DNA of 62,634 bases, filler included, from Vermamoeba vermiformis (GCA_045837725.1; 5 parts of 5 records of this genome joined end to end with filler, not necessarily neighbours in it), one strand, 5' to 3'; counted from the first letter of the whole stretch, positions 46,542 to 60,627 are shown. The notes: generated from the sequence alone by a model not told the origin. A program made the numbers and translations.

Positions 46542-48286
46542 ATGGAAGCCAGGCAAACAATTTCTTTCGATCAGTTCGAAGCTTCCAACCAAACTTACGT
46601 GCCAATGGCGTCCATGGAGCGTGCACATTCTGATCCATTGACAAATATTATAGGCGCAACACTATATGGCACGATAGGTATTATTCGAGCGTTACAATTG
46701 TTTACCACATCCGATCTGAATTTGAAATTCGAAATAATTATTTAAAATATTCTATTATAGGTTTATTGGCTATATTTACAATGGGATGGAAAGCCGTGAA
46801 ACGAAGGCGCGCCAGAAAAGCAATGGTAAAAGTCATAAGAAAAATATCGCGAACTGAAAATCAAATCCAAATCATAGGATATTTTTTTTAAACATAAGCC
46901 TAATATAACAATCATATGGTTAATATAGATCATAATAGTATTTTAATTAATGCTTTGGAAACAGATGCAAGCCAGAACTCGATCGCCTTACGCGTCCATG
47001 CGAGACACTGAAACGGACGACACGCCAGTAGCACAAATTATAATTATAGAGCGTCTATTTAAAGTATTCTTATTGGTATTTCTTGCAAGTAAGTTCAACG
47101 GACAGATCGGATGCAGATTCAAATTTCTAATCCACTTTTTTTTAAAGGTCGTATTGTATGGCTAGTATTACAAACGCTTGAAATGGCTGGACCAGTATCA
47201 TTTGTATTCAATCGATTGGCTTTCGCCTTTTTTTATTCAGCTTTTACGTTGATCATGTTTTATTGGTACGTGCGTTCCGGATCCCGTTTAAAAATTACTT
47301 TAAGTCGTTATTAATATCGAAATAATCGTTAAATATATTCTATTGACATAATCATAATATTATAGGGCTGAAATCACGCACAAAAATTATTACGAAAGCA
47401 CGACTTTTATGCCCAAGCTTGGTACGTCAATTCAAAACGATAAAAATTACTTTAAAAATATTAATTTTAATATTTTTTATTAGGCTACGTATTTTTCATT
47501 ACAAACGTGATAGTATGGAGCTTGCAAATAGTCTTCGTAATTTTATACGAGCTGAGAATCAAAACGGATTTATTATACGACCTCAATCAATGGATAGATG
47601 TTGGATTGAGTGCCTTAATAGCACTTGGATTCGTATTTTACGGCGTTAGATTGATTTGCATGCGAGCTGGATCTGACACCTTGAATCCGGATCTCAGAAA
47701 AGAGCTGCTAAGGGTAAGAAATCAATAATATCTCCGTATAATATAATATTTATATTATTATCTAACATATTTTGAATTTTAAATGAAAAAAATTCATTGC
47801 CAGCGTTACGGATCCGTTCTAAATCTAGATCTTGTCTAAATATTACTGCTTTATATTTCGGAAATAGCTATTATTATATTAATCAATATATATCTATATA
47901 GATGTTACTCGCAACAGTAGTATTTGCCTCAGCTTTCTTGTTACGCGTGTTCATGTTCGCGTACCGCCCTTTGACAGGAAGATATTTCGACGACCACACA
48001 TTTATGATCCTTGGATATTACGTCTGTGAAGTAAGTACATTAATATTAAAAATTAATTAGATTAGGGCTAAGAGATTTTAAAGCAAATTTTTAAGTTTTT
48101 GGATGCGAATCCCGATCCTATTTTGGAGGTTTGTTTAACTAATTTTCTTATTAGATCGTACCATCTATGGTCGAAGTATACATCTTTTACACTACAAAGC
48201 ACGAGACTAAGATGCAAATTGATTTTATTGACGATTTGTACGACCAAGATCAGCAAGATGAAAACTCACCCCTAGTTAAAGAATAA
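46542..48286 (+). CDS. THH1/TOM1/TOM3-family (GPR137-like) 7-TM protein, multi-exon
   Basis: FNRLAFAFFYSAFTLIMFYW|AE; LIALGFVFYGVRL; FLLR; YYVCE|IVPS; acidic tail ENSPLV. Confidence 0.8.
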
Positions 48287-49257
48287 TAAGGATAACGCTT
48301 CAAGAACGAGTACGTATTAATCTAATAATGACGCTTGTATTATACTCAATTTTGCAACGCTGAAACATGTAAATAGACTTTTATCAAATCTTATTCCGCA
48401 AAAGTGGGCTTCGTTCAAGCCGGTGATACCTTTGCCGGTTTCACATTCAGCGAGCTCTTTTCAATCCAAGTGCCATGATGATGTTAGTATTAAGTGTTTG
48501 CTAGTGTTGTTGTTCTGGTCGATGTTTTGAACTGCTGAAATAAACTATCTCCTTCAGCGCCTTAAATATCTTTCGTAATGGACTTGCCTGTCCGAGTATA
48601 ACTTGACTTCTGTGTCCAAAAAAACAATGTGTCACGAACTTCTGACCCTCACTAAATAGAAGTACTTTATACAATAGATTATAGGTAGTACTATAGTATT
48701 ATTGAGGTGCAAAATTGAGTCGGTAGTTCGCTTCGACGCAGCGTGAATTACGAGCTTTTCAAAGAATTAGTAGAAAAATCTGAGAATAGGAAACATTGGT
48801 CCCGTTACATGTAAATAAGATATTGTGCCTTCATATTATTGTTTCTTTATGTTTGAGTCAAGATCCTCTATCCAGGTTTGTTCGCGAAATAAATTGTCAT
48901 TTTCTTTATTTGTAACGATTATTTTTAGATACACAAGCGATCAACATCTACAATGGCGTACAAATAACGCTTTAATGACAAGTATACACAATAATAACGG
49001 ACACTTGGACCTGTGCAAACGAGGTAAAACTAACATCCAAAATTATTTATTTTACTTCTTTCATTTAAGCAGCTTTAAAACTACGTTGAGTTGGTGAGGT
49101 ATTTGCGTAGTTGATTTTTGACCGTGAATGAAATTTTAGCGCGCGTCATGATTTTTAAATAAATTTTTGATCAGTCGGATTTGCTTTATTTATCCTTAAG
49201 AATTTGGAATTCAGTGAAATATATAATATCACCGAATTAATGACATTTACAATCTAA

Positions 49258-50555
49258 TTACAATTTCGAGATCGTAAGCAAAACCAAAAAACAAAAGATC
49301 CAAATAGGCAAGTTGACCAGCGTCTGACGAACTTGTCCTTTTTGATTAATTTGTTCTAATTTTGCAATACGATCGTTTAAAGCACATATTCCTGCTTCAA
49401 TTCTATTTACACGCTCGCAAATCTGCTTGAGATCTTCAGCTTGATTTTTCAGAGCCTTTGTATGCACGTTTACGGCATCCGAAACGTATGGAATAATTGC
49501 CGTATAATCTACATGCAACAAGCCTATAGAAATTTCGTTAATCTATATTTATGGTCGATACACAAAGTTATTTTTTGGATCACATCTACCCTCTTGCCGA
49601 TATTTTCCAATATAATGCTATTATATACTTACCATTTAGTTCGCATACAGCTTCATGAACGACACGTTGGACTTGCTGGGCGGAATAACCAACAAACTTC
49701 TTATTTTTCAAGCCGAACATTTTATACCGGATCCCAGTGAGTTCAGAAACGACTTTTTCAGCGTTATTTACTGTAAGTAGATATATTAGAATGAATATGC
49801 TTTATGATTTGCTAACCCTTACCATCAGTCAATTTCTGAGAGTCAAACTTTATCCGCATGTCGGATGTGCGATAAAAATTGAGCGCCCGAAAGTTTCCAA
49901 GGACCTCAGCATCGCCTTGAGCTAATACTTGATAATTATTAAGCTCCATAGGCATCATATTTACATCTGCCAAGTCGTAGTTTGGCTCGGGCGCTATTTC
50001 GGTCAGATTTGATAGCGTTTGATCTGCCACTCTCACGACCAGACAAGGCAAAGAGCCACCACGAGAGGTAGGTTTGGCATCATCTATATATAATATAATT
50101 ATGACGCCGTTAAAGTAATTATTTTACGGATGGATCCTACCTGAATCCGAGTTTGAACCTGAGTTTCTATTCTTAGGCAACAATACAAAGCTCGGTGAAA
50201 AGCGCTCAGGATCAGCGGGATTATTAGAAGCAAAGCCTACGCATCCAATGAAGTATTTTGGCTTCCTGAAGTGCAAGATCCCTTCAACAATCCGAAGATT
50301 GAATCGGTGCATTGACGGATCCGTTGGCACGCTTGTTTCTTGACCCTTTTTGGGCCACTTGAATGCTTTAATACCAGGTACGCACTTCCATTCACTTGCT
50401 AGATCGTCTTCGCGATAATAGAGCTTCATTTCTATTTGTTGATCTCCAAACTTCAAACCGAAGAAATTTTCATTGGATTCGAGTTGCAGATCCACCTCGC
50501 CATACGTAGATTCGAAGTAGATCGTGAATAAGTTGCGCACGTGGATGGATTGCAT
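49258..50555 (-). CDS. Peptidase S74 / intramolecular-chaperone domain protein with C-terminal hydrophobic segment (MYRF/MrfA-like layout), multi-exon
   Basis: RTSDMRIK; GYSAQQVQRVVHEAV; LHVDYTAIIPY; coiled coil; LPIWIFCFLVLLTI. The 3' end may continue after an intron. Confidence 0.78.
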
Positions 50556-52396
50556 GCTTAATTGAAGATATTATTCGTTGCTTGTTGTTGATAGTTTTCA
50601 TCCCTTGTTAAATGAAAAAATCTCAGAGTCAGCAGTCAATTTTTAATACTCCCCGTTCGTACGTATTTCGCAACTTTTGAGTACGCAGAAATTTTTACGT
50701 CGGTTAGATATTTAAACAAATAAATTTTACATTGCTCGATCTGCATCCAAAAACGGATCCGTTAGGTTAAATCTTTACGATAATACAAGGGCTTGTACCT
50801 TTGATATTAATCATTCTTATCCGTTTTCGAGCTTGTGATCGGAATAAAGGCAGAATGACACATTTTTTGTGAAACAACCTGTCATTTTCTTGACGTGCTT
50901 TGCACCAGCAGTTGTTTGCCCACAAATTGGACATTTCTTATCATATTTCCTACGTTTATTAGAACGAGTCCTCATTAAAGCTTTTTAGTGCTCTTTTGAG
51001 TCCGTTGAAAATATGACACGGATCGCAGGTTGACCGGCAGGACCTGATGATGCTTTAAAATATCGCTATTTATAATACTAATTAAGGAAAGCCAAGGAAT
51101 TATCAATTAAATGTGAATTCGTTGAGCTCGCGCACTACTCTTCTTCTAGACGGCTCCGTTGTTAAGAACGCTTGGCACCATTCTAAATTCTCTAATTACG
51201 ATTTACTATAATCGCTATAATAGATTGCATTCTGACTTGTTAAACGGATTACGTAATCGGTGAGTTCAAAAGTGGACTTTGAAGTCCAGTCGTAAAACCA
51301 GCAGTGTTCCATGTTCGTTTTCAATGGTTGAATATGAACGTGGCGCAATAGCTGCTCTTATTGCTCGTCTGAAAATTCTCGTGCTAGAAAAGTTGCTTCG
51401 ATAGTCATTAAATGAGGAGATTGAAACGTCTTGTAATTAATTAGAAGAACAGCTATCAAATACACTATTAATTAATAACCTTAGTGTAGCAGTCAAGATT
51501 TTTGTGCAAAACGCAAGGAAATCGTTTAATTCTTTTCGACTCGCATTATTACAAGGCCTTATAATGATTGCCGCCAACTGAAAGATCAACGTTTTTATAT
51601 CATTTTGAGATCACGCCAGAACAGCGCAAATTGAAGTTGATGCGCACGAAGAGTTTGATCGAACGATCAGCCATTCCTTCATTCCCACCACCTGAAGAGA
51701 GCTCTTCGCCGAAGACGTTGAAAGTTCTGAGAGGACAAGCGCGAGGTACGTAAATCCAAGTGGCTTCCTACGACCCTTACAATAATAAGAAAGCTGGTAT
51801 TTTGAAATTTCGTTAGATTTGCAAGTTTCTTGCCTTCGTTAACGAATCGTAATACAGCGAAATTCCCCATTTCATCTCTTGCATCTAAAGCGACAAATTA
51901 ATTTTGTAGAATGTCAGTTTCAACTAGACCTAGACCGCGACTTTGCTCGTTCCGTTTCTCTAAACATTTGCTCGTCCTCGATACCAAATGAAGATATTCG
52001 ACGAGATTGCATTGACTTAAAGGCTTTCAATAGGCCCTTAGTGCAGTCGCTTCACTAAATTTAGTGAAGCTTGCGAACTTGACCAGCACAAGTGAGAGTC
52101 TGCTTCCTGCCTCACTATTTTAACCGCGTGCTTGACAAACCGGTTTTTAGCGCTGAAGAATTGGATCTGGCGACTTAAGAATATCAAATCCATTTTATAA
52201 TGGCATTATGCTAATGCTGCTTTTAGAGCATCGTGGTAGCATCGTTTATAAGATTTTTGGTTCTTTAATGTCCATACAAGTTAAAAAGTTACCGTCAAAT
52301 GTCAAGTGTCATAATGTCACCGAAATCTTTTTTACGTTGCGATTTTCACGTCATTATTTTCAACCAACGTTGATATTAACACAACGCAATTCGACT

Positions 52397-54999
52397 ATGA
52401 AAGTATCTCTATTATTAGTCGTTCTAATTGCCCTTCAAGTCTTTTTGGTCTGTGGCCAAGCGCCAGGTAAAAAAACCAAAAAATAATTGCTTCGGATTTC
52501 TAACCATTATTTAAGAATCTGTTAGTTTCATTGGCCTAAATAGCAATATTATTCACCAATACGATCATTTGGGAGCATTTGTTCAATCGATAAACCCCTC
52601 TTGTCGAAGTAGTAAGATCCGATCTGCTATCCGATTATTGTTAACTAATCCGTATAAATAGCATATAATTTTTCTTCCCTTGATGCTACTCTCGGAGGTG
52701 ACGGCAAAATATGGTCGAGTTTAGGAACTCAGTTGAATTATTTCGATCCGGAAACATGTAAAACTTAATTTTTACGTATTAATCAGATGAATGTGGTCAA
52801 ATTAATGTCGGCACCTTCGGAGTTCGTAGTGCTGTTGCTAGCCCTTCAGGAAAGCACATCTACTTCATTCTTCAAAACGGTAAGATCAAGATTTAACCGC
52901 AACGCGTTGCGGTTAAAAATCTAATGTTTATATATTTAGGAAACATTTATAGATACAATCTACGTCTCCGTACTACCGAACTAGCGTTGCAAAAGACAAC
53001 CTACGGCTACTATTCCGTAGGTTTCTTCGGATCGTCCCTTGTAGCCTCCAGACCTCTCAATGTGACCGTAGAAGTATACAATATGGATGGTAAGTATTGA
53101 TACACTCGTAGTAATAATATTACTACTAAAGCGATAAAAATTCTAATTTGTTGTCGCATCTGTTTTTTAACGAGGATTCTTTTATTTTAGAAAATGATAA
53201 TATCATCCTGCCTGCAACATCCGTGGTTCAATTCAACAATAATTTCAGTCCTGCTATAAAGATCAAGACATGTCCCGGTGGCCAGATCTGCTTCCAAATC
53301 AATTCTTACTCTATTTCTCGACAAAACGGCAATTTTTTGGCACAAATTATCAATTTTGTTTACCCGAACCAGCAAACAGTATGTTATCTACACGTAAATA
53401 TTACAAATGGCGCTAAATATTTGCCACACAGATCACCGATTACTGGACGGCGCCTTGGGGTCAAATGTACATCGTAGGCAGCCTTCAAAGATTGTACACA
53501 TATACTCCCCCTCTTGTTAATGTTCAAAACTACACCAGTGCAACATATTCGACCACGTTTGTAGCGTTAATGGGTAAGATCCGCTTGACAACTTTGACAC
53601 GTGTCAACCGCAAATCACTGTGATCACAATAGAATTATAATAATATTCTCCTAATACAAGCTTTGCAATTATTAATAGCCCGAATATTAGGTTGACACGT
53701 GAAAAAATTAGTGACACGTGTCAACGATAATTTTTCACAGCCAATTTTAGATATCTTATATCTTATACGCTATTTTTAGATGCGCCTACTGTTTCTATTG
53801 CAAGCAACTGCCAAGCTTCAGTTCAATTCAGCTCGTACAACTGGACTTCAAAGTACACCGTGCAAGTTCAAAACCCCAACACTGGTCTCTTTGAAGACGA
53901 TCACGTGCAAGCTACACCTAGTGCAGGCGCTCAAAACGTACAATTGACGTCAGTCTGTGATGGCTCGTCAATGAGGCAAGTTTCAGTTAACAATAGGGTC
54001 CATAATCTAATGATTGTTCTAGAGTCCGTTTAAGATTCGATGGAGTCGCGTCAACTGATCCGATCTTCTCAATGCCCAAAACAGTCAATTGCACTTGCCA
54101 AGCTCCCGTGCCAAACATCATTCCGATCCTCGAATGCATCGAACAAACAAGCAACGGTCTCGTGGTTCACTTGGGCTACAACAACGCTGAATCATACGTA
54201 GCGCAGATTGCAGTAGGTCCTAATAACAGATTTAGCGATGTTGATGGCCGAAATCAACCGACTTTATTTGCCGTTGGTAGATCAAGTACGTAGATCCAGA
54301 TCTGCAAATCAAAATTCATTTCCTCGAAATTCCGTCATTAATTAATCTTCTAACAACGAGTTTATAGGCTTCTATCCAGCTTCAGCCTTTTCTTTCGCTT
54401 ACGAAGGAAATGCAACGTGGTTTTTGAGCACGTACGCACTCAACTTTGACACTTCTGACATGAGCTTGATGTGCCCTCAGAACGTGTCATTCGTGCTCAG
54501 TTTTACGTCCAGCACCAATGTCACGGCAGATGATATTGAAACTATTCGCTTGAACTTTGCAGACCTGTTGAACATCACGTCAAACAGAGTCAACGTCGTC
54601 AATGTCACTTTGACACCTGTCACCAAGAAGAGAGCGACAAATTCTGTCCAGATTACATTCGAGATCACTTTCAGTGAAAATTCTAATGAACTTAGTGCCG
54701 CTGAATCAGTCCGAACGATTGTAGCCCTGCTTGATCAATCACCGCAAACATTGAACCAGCTCGTCAATGCTGGCAATAACAACAACAGCCGAACAGTGCA
54801 ATCAGTGAGCACTGTGCCGAGTGGTACTGAACAACAAGGCCAGTCAACGGCACCTCAGTCAACGCCGTACAGTGGTGCTACTCCTACCAGCTCCACGCCA
54901 GAATCAGTGCCTCACTCCGTCACTTCATCAAGTATGGTTTGTCTTCCCAACGTCGTATTTGCGTTGCAAATTGTTTTGTTGCTCTTATTGGCAATGTAA
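52397..54999 (+). CDS. Secreted, probably GPI-anchored multi-domain surface protein, many exons
   Basis: Signal MKVSLLLVVLIALQVFLVCG; beta-rich exons; PILECIE...HLGYNN domain; S/T/P stalk; hydrophobic tail. Confidence 0.78.
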
Positions 55000-55253
55000 T
55001 GAATAAATATCTCGACGAAATCTCCCAAGTAAATTTGCAAATGAAGTAAACGCGTGGTTTCACCAAAATCATTGGATCGAAAAAAGTATAACGTTCAATC
55101 AGTTATTCTCGTCATGTTTGTTAGTGTTTAGTATTAGAGCCATAGATTTAATGATCATTAATTGAAGATACACAGGTGAGTTCATAAACAACACAAGAAA
55201 AGCGCAACGTGATCCTTTCGCAGTATTTTTACTATTTCATATTTAAAACAACA

Positions 55254-56715
55254 ATGACTGATAAGAAGAATCAAAAAGAAGGCGTTTCATCTTTCCTGAT
55301 CGACTGCTTGTTGGGTGGCATTTCAGCTGCGGTCTCCAAATCTGCTGCAACCCCTATAGAAGTTTTTAAATTAAGACTTACTATTGCGGATAGTAAGGGT
55401 CTATTTAATGATCAGCATAAAGCAACGAATTGATAATTCTCATTTTTTTCTGCGGATCAGCTCAAATTATTTTAAATTGCACGCCAATAAAATATTTGAT
55501 GCAATGATGACGTATTATTATTCAATAATAATATGATTTTACAACAAGTTTATTAGTTTACCTAATCAATTTTTATTATGATCGCCAGGGCCGTACAGGG
55601 GTTTAACTGACTGGTTCATAACAACGATCAAAGAAGAAGGCGTAGCATCAGTATGGAGAGGGAATTTATCGATTGTAGCGCGTTATGCTCCATCGCAAGC
55701 GCTGTGCTTCGGGTTCAAAGATCTGCTCAAACGAAACATGTTCAATTACACTAAAGACAAAGACGGACGACTGAAATGGTTTACTGGTACGTGATATATA
55801 CTCAATCAATCGTGCTTGTTGATTAATTTCATTAAGATCCGCGAAAAACTTTGACACGCAGAAAAAATATCTGTGAAAAATTGGTGACACGTACAATAAT
55901 TTTGCAATTTTTGCCTTAGACGTTTACCTACTTGATCTTATTAAAGAATTTTAATAGGAAACATCGCTGCTGGCGCTACCGCAGGCGTTGCAACGATATC
56001 GATCATGTACCCAATTGACTACGCGCGTACGCTGCTAGCCGTTGCTAAACAAGTTAAAACACCTCCAAAATACACCAATTTGCGCGACGTTTTCAAGAAA
56101 GAAGGTAAGCAAGCATTATTTCCGTTGAATTCAAATTTGATCGAAGCGTCACACTTGTTGAGGAGCAGCTCCTTAGATCGATAAATTTTGCGACGCTGAT
56201 CAAAATTGTCACGAGCGAAAAGGACATATCGCGATAGGCATTTAGCGAGACTTTTTTTTCTTTCGCTCTACAAAACTTCCTCATCGTACATTAAACTTTA
56301 TTTTGTATGCTAATGCTATCTTCATCATATTATAGGCCTTGCAAAGCTTTATTCCCGATTTGGCATCAGTTGTGCTGGCATTGCAGTGTATCGTGGCCTG
56401 TACTTCGGTCTATTCGACACATTCAAGCCAAAAGACTCGTTCGTTGGTTCATTTTTCCTAGCCTGGCCTGTTACTATAGTCGCTGGTATAGCCTCTCATC
56501 CTATTGATACTATACGGAGACGGATGATAATATCTGCGGAAAGCAAAAAATACAAGAGCTCGATCCACGCGTTCACTGAAATAGTAAAACGAGAAGGAAT
56601 TAAGTCGTTGTTTAAAGGCGCTGGAGCTAATGTCCTGCGAGCTGTAGCTGGTGCTGGTACTTTGGCCTGTTACGACAAGTTGCAACGAGTTTTCTATGGC
56701 AAGAACCAGATGTAG
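55254..56715 (+). CDS. Mitochondrial ADP/ATP carrier-like protein (SLC25), divergent, 4 exons
   Basis: [77 protein letters not shown]. Confidence 0.9.
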
Positions 56716-57078
56716 ATAGATTTGGATCGAGCTTGTAAAGGAATGAACTTAATGTAAATAACCGGTTTTTAACGAGTATCAGGATGGTAAATTGTATTTA
56801 ATATTCAAGAAGCTTGATCAAATAAAATCGTTGGTGATCCGTGATATCTTAAGATTTGATTGATTCAGATTTGATTTATCTCCGGAAAACCAGAGAGGCT
56901 GCGCAACAAATTTATTAATTGTTAATATTATATTTAAGCCACAGTTTCGATGAAATGTGAGAAATACACAATTACAACCCTTCGTTCGCGTGGATTGAGG
57001 AAAATTTTCGTTTGTTTTCCAGTTAGCGACCACAAACGAGACTTCAGTGAAATCGTTGAACAAAATTTCTTTCTTCAT

Positions 57079-58804
57079 ATGGATGAGGATTTACTCCAAA
57101 TGGTACGTGAGCAAACAAGAATTCTACGCGGATTCCTTTTTTAATTATATTATTAGCCTTGTTAACCTGCCTAATATTTAGGAAAATTTGCCCATCGAAA
57201 TATTATACGATATTGTATCGTTTTTGAAAGGAACAGATCGACGCAGTGTTCGGCAGTTAAATACTTTTTTCTACTCACTGCGCGCACGGTCGAGACTGGT
57301 AGTAAGACGATTGAAAAGTAATCAATTGGATGATTTTTGCAAAATTGTACAACTTATTGGAGGAGAGCTTAACGTGCAATTCAATAATTTGGTCCATCCG
57401 CAACTTCCGTTCGCTCAACTCATTAGCAAGCTTACAAGACTTACCAATATAGTCTCCTTGTCTTTTAAAGAGTGTAATTATCACGTCAATGGAGTTGCAG
57501 CGTGGAATGGCTTGTCGAACCTCATCTCGGTAACGAATCTCCAGATTAACAGCAGATATCCTGCCATTCAACAATTGGAAGCGCTCACGAGTATAAAAAA
57601 ATTATCAATACGTGGCTATGACGTGGAAAATGAAGTCAACAATACCAACAGCTTTATTTCTTTGCCGAATCTGGAAGATCTCGAAGTTTTGCGTGAAAAC
57701 AATGTTACTTTTCGTTATAGTTCGATCAAAATAGACTTGAATAGCTTGGACAGGCCCTATTTAATAACTAGATTATCCGTCAATGTTGACCAATGGGATT
57801 CTATGACACCTCAACAGAGTAAATTAACCGCGCTGAAGACTTTGCAAATATTTCCCTATTATCAAGCCAAATTACCTAATATGGAAGTCTCAGTGACTAC
57901 TTTGGAATCGTTGGAATTCGAAACAGATTCTTTGACGACGTTAAAAAGATTGGTCGACAGCAACCCAAGATTGCGAAGAATAAAATGCCTAATTAAGGAG
58001 AAACCAAATCAAAAAGATGTACCAGATCAAATTTTTGCAAAGTCTGATCTTCAGAACTTCGAAGTTGTCGATATTACAGTCCCTTATGAGGATTACGTGG
58101 ATCTTCTTCCGGATGGTGCCACAGCGATAGGAATTACGAGCAGAATTTACAAGAAAAACGCTGTTTCTGATTACAAACGGTTCACGAGACTCGGTTCATT
58201 GGAATTGTATCCATCGCACAACAATTACGACTTCCCAAGCACTTTGACAGCATTGTACGCTCAAGGATCCAGCGCGGTCAGCTTACCGCTCACGCAATTG
58301 CCTAATTTGGAAACATGCCACGTGTTCGTGAATCTACAGAACTTTGCAGATTTGGTCAAACTTACAAAATTGGAAAATCTTGCGATTAGCTTGCCTTCAT
58401 ACGGCACTGAAGAGCTTACAAAGTTGAACAGATTAACGAAGTTCATGTTATTGAACGAACCAACGGAAAGCTGGCAATATAACAAATTGGCGCAACTTAC
58501 GGATCTTGAAGAGCTGTACGTTCATCGCATCAAATCCGACGACCAGATCCACACTTTATCAACGCTAAGGAACTTGACGAAATTATTCTGCGTAGAATTG
58601 GTGGCACCTGGCTTTGCTTTGACGTGTTTAACGAGTTTGCAAGTATTCGAAGCCTATTTGCCCGAAGATCAGTTCAGAAACAAATCCATCGCGCTAACCA
58701 ACTATGTGCTCGATAAGTTGCCATTCTGCGTTGCAAAAATTAATTATAGCAGTATGGAGTTAAGAGGAAATTCAATGCTGAAACCTTGGTCGGACGCGCA
58801 ATAA
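57079..58804 (+). CDS. F-box/LRR protein
   Basis: ENLPIEILYDIVSFL F-box motif after a short first exon, then degenerate LRRs (LTKLENL, LTDLEEL, LTSLQVF). Confidence 0.82.
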
Positions 58805-58907
58805 ATAAATAATTTATTTATTTTTACTAAAGTTTCATTTACTTTAAAGCTTCGTGCACGTTCAATAAGTTGCAAGACTTGAAATACTCCAAAAATGCAT
58901 TAGAGTC

Positions 58908-59660
58908 ATGGTAAGCAAAAGATCGGGAGACGTGATCGAGCTGCGGATTTAAATCTTCAATACTACTCTTATTAACTAAATACTCATAGGAAAAATTGCC
59001 AAATGAAATAATTTATGCAATTACAGCATTTCTATGTGGAGCAGATCGAGCCAATTTCAGACGAATTAATATTTATTTTTATTCGCTAAATTTTCTCCGA
59101 AGCAATTTACCAGTACGAGTAAGACGAATTAAAGATAGTCAGCTAGACGAATTTAGCAAAATTCTTACCAAAATTAAAGAACCAATCGCCATCCGGTTCC
59201 AGAATCTAGCACATCCGCTACCCGCATTGTCCAAACTAACTCGAAAACTCAAAAATATCACATCGATATCACTTGAAGAATGCAATTACATCACAAAACG
59301 GGGTTCTGTATTCAATGGCCTGTCAAACTTAACGGCGCTGACAGATCTGCAGATCAGCAGCCGAGCACCAATTAAATACGAAGCGTTGATCAATATACAA
59401 ACTTTAGCTATATACGGATTTGATAACAAACATGATGAAGGCAAGGCTCTTCAATGCACCTTAAAAAATTTGCAACCTGACGGATCTCGAGATTAAAAGA
59501 ATTCCACCGATTCAACAAGATTTCTGCGCAAAAATACAGCAGAATTGAATTTAAATGAATTAATTAACCCACATAAGATTACTAGACTAGCTATTGACGC
59601 CGACAAATGGAACTGCATCAAGGTTCGAGCCACACTTTTGACAGAATTGAAGTCTTTGCA
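58908..59660 (+). pseudogene. Truncated, frameshifted F-box/LRR paralog
   Basis: EKLPNEIIYAITAFL aligns with the upstream paralog; the frame shifts near 59480; homology ends at ~59660 (LTELKSLHIF). Confidence 0.75.
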
Positions 59661-60006
59661 TATATTCGAGTCGGACTCGACGGAGTTGCCTCAAGCTCTC
59701 TTGCATTTCCTCAAACTGTCAATTGCACGTGTCAAGCACCTGTTCCGAATGTCACCCCGATCCTTGAGTGCATCGAACAGACTGGCAATGGTCTCGTGGT
59801 TCACTTGGGCTACAATAATGCCGAGTCATATGTCGCTCAGTTGACAGTGGGTCCCAACAACCGATTCAGTGACGTTGATGACAGAAATCAACCCACGTCG
59901 TTCGCTGTTGGTCGTTCAAGTAAGCATTTGGAAAGTAATTGGTGGCAATATAACTGACCTCCAATTGCAGACTTCTACCCCGACTCAGCGTTCTCGTTCT
60001 CATATT
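59661..60006 (+). pseudogene. 5'-truncated paralog fragment of the 52397-54999 surface-protein gene
   Basis: IRVGLDGVASSSLAFPQTVNCTCQAPVPNVTPILECIEQTGNGLVVHLGYNNAESYVAQ matches 54023-54286, with the same intron position. Runs off the contig. Confidence 0.75.
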
Positions 60007-60106
60007 NNNNNNNNNNNNNNNNNNNNNNNNNNNNNNNNNNNNNNNNNNNNTTAATTAATTAANNNNNNNNNNNNNNNNNNNNNNNNNNNNNNNNNNNNNN
60101 NNNNNN
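60007..60106. other. Artificial contig linker
   Basis: N44-TTAATTAATTAA-N44. Confidence 0.98.
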
Positions 60107-60132
60107 TATAATATTTTAAAATTAATACGAAG

Positions 60133-60315
60133 CTAGATAATATTAGCACATGATCTTATGTGAGTAGGAATCGATACAAGTTGCGCAGCAGTAATATTGG
60201 TAAATACTTCGGGGCTTAACTGCTGAAGTTCATGAGCGGTGAGGTGCGCCCAATCAATCTGGCACCGAACAGCTCCAATAATTAATGCCAATACTAAGGC
60301 CGCGTAGAGCTTCAT
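60133..60315 (-). CDS. N-terminus of a secreted protein (probably partial)
   Basis: Signal MKLYAALVLALIIGAVRC, then repeat-like LQQLSPEVFTNITAAQLVSIP; lies at the contig edge. Confidence 0.55.
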   Translation of the reverse strand: MKLYAALVLALIIGAVRCQIDWAHLTAHELQQLSPEVFTNITAAQLVSIPTHIRSCANII

Positions 60316-60627
60316 GGCCTTAATTAATGAACAAAGTTAGCAAAGTAGATTCGGTACAAAAAAATAATAGTGTTCTTATTTGAGCGCTTATTAATATTAA
60401 CATTAACGAAACGAGAAAAATAATACAACGATAGCATACCAACGACTGCTTTTGCTCTGCTTGGAAGTAGAACAAATATTAATAAGCGAATTGCACGGAG
60501 CGAGTTACCTGCGAAAATTCTTGTTAGCCCTGGTTAATTAATTTATCGCTAACTAAACGCGCTTTCATCAGACTAAAATTAAGCTTTATTACGAATCAAA
60601 ACAAACACAATGCATCGCAAATATTTT

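Noticed and set aside
50800-52200. Coding-like fragments (CPICG on the minus strand; 51568-51753 on the plus strand)
   Set aside because: No consistent spliced model on either strand; possibly a decayed gene, but not supportable.
9251-60106. Repeated TTAATTAATTAA within N runs as a biological repeat
   Set aside because: Four identical 100-nt linkers with stops in all frames; these are concatenation artefacts.
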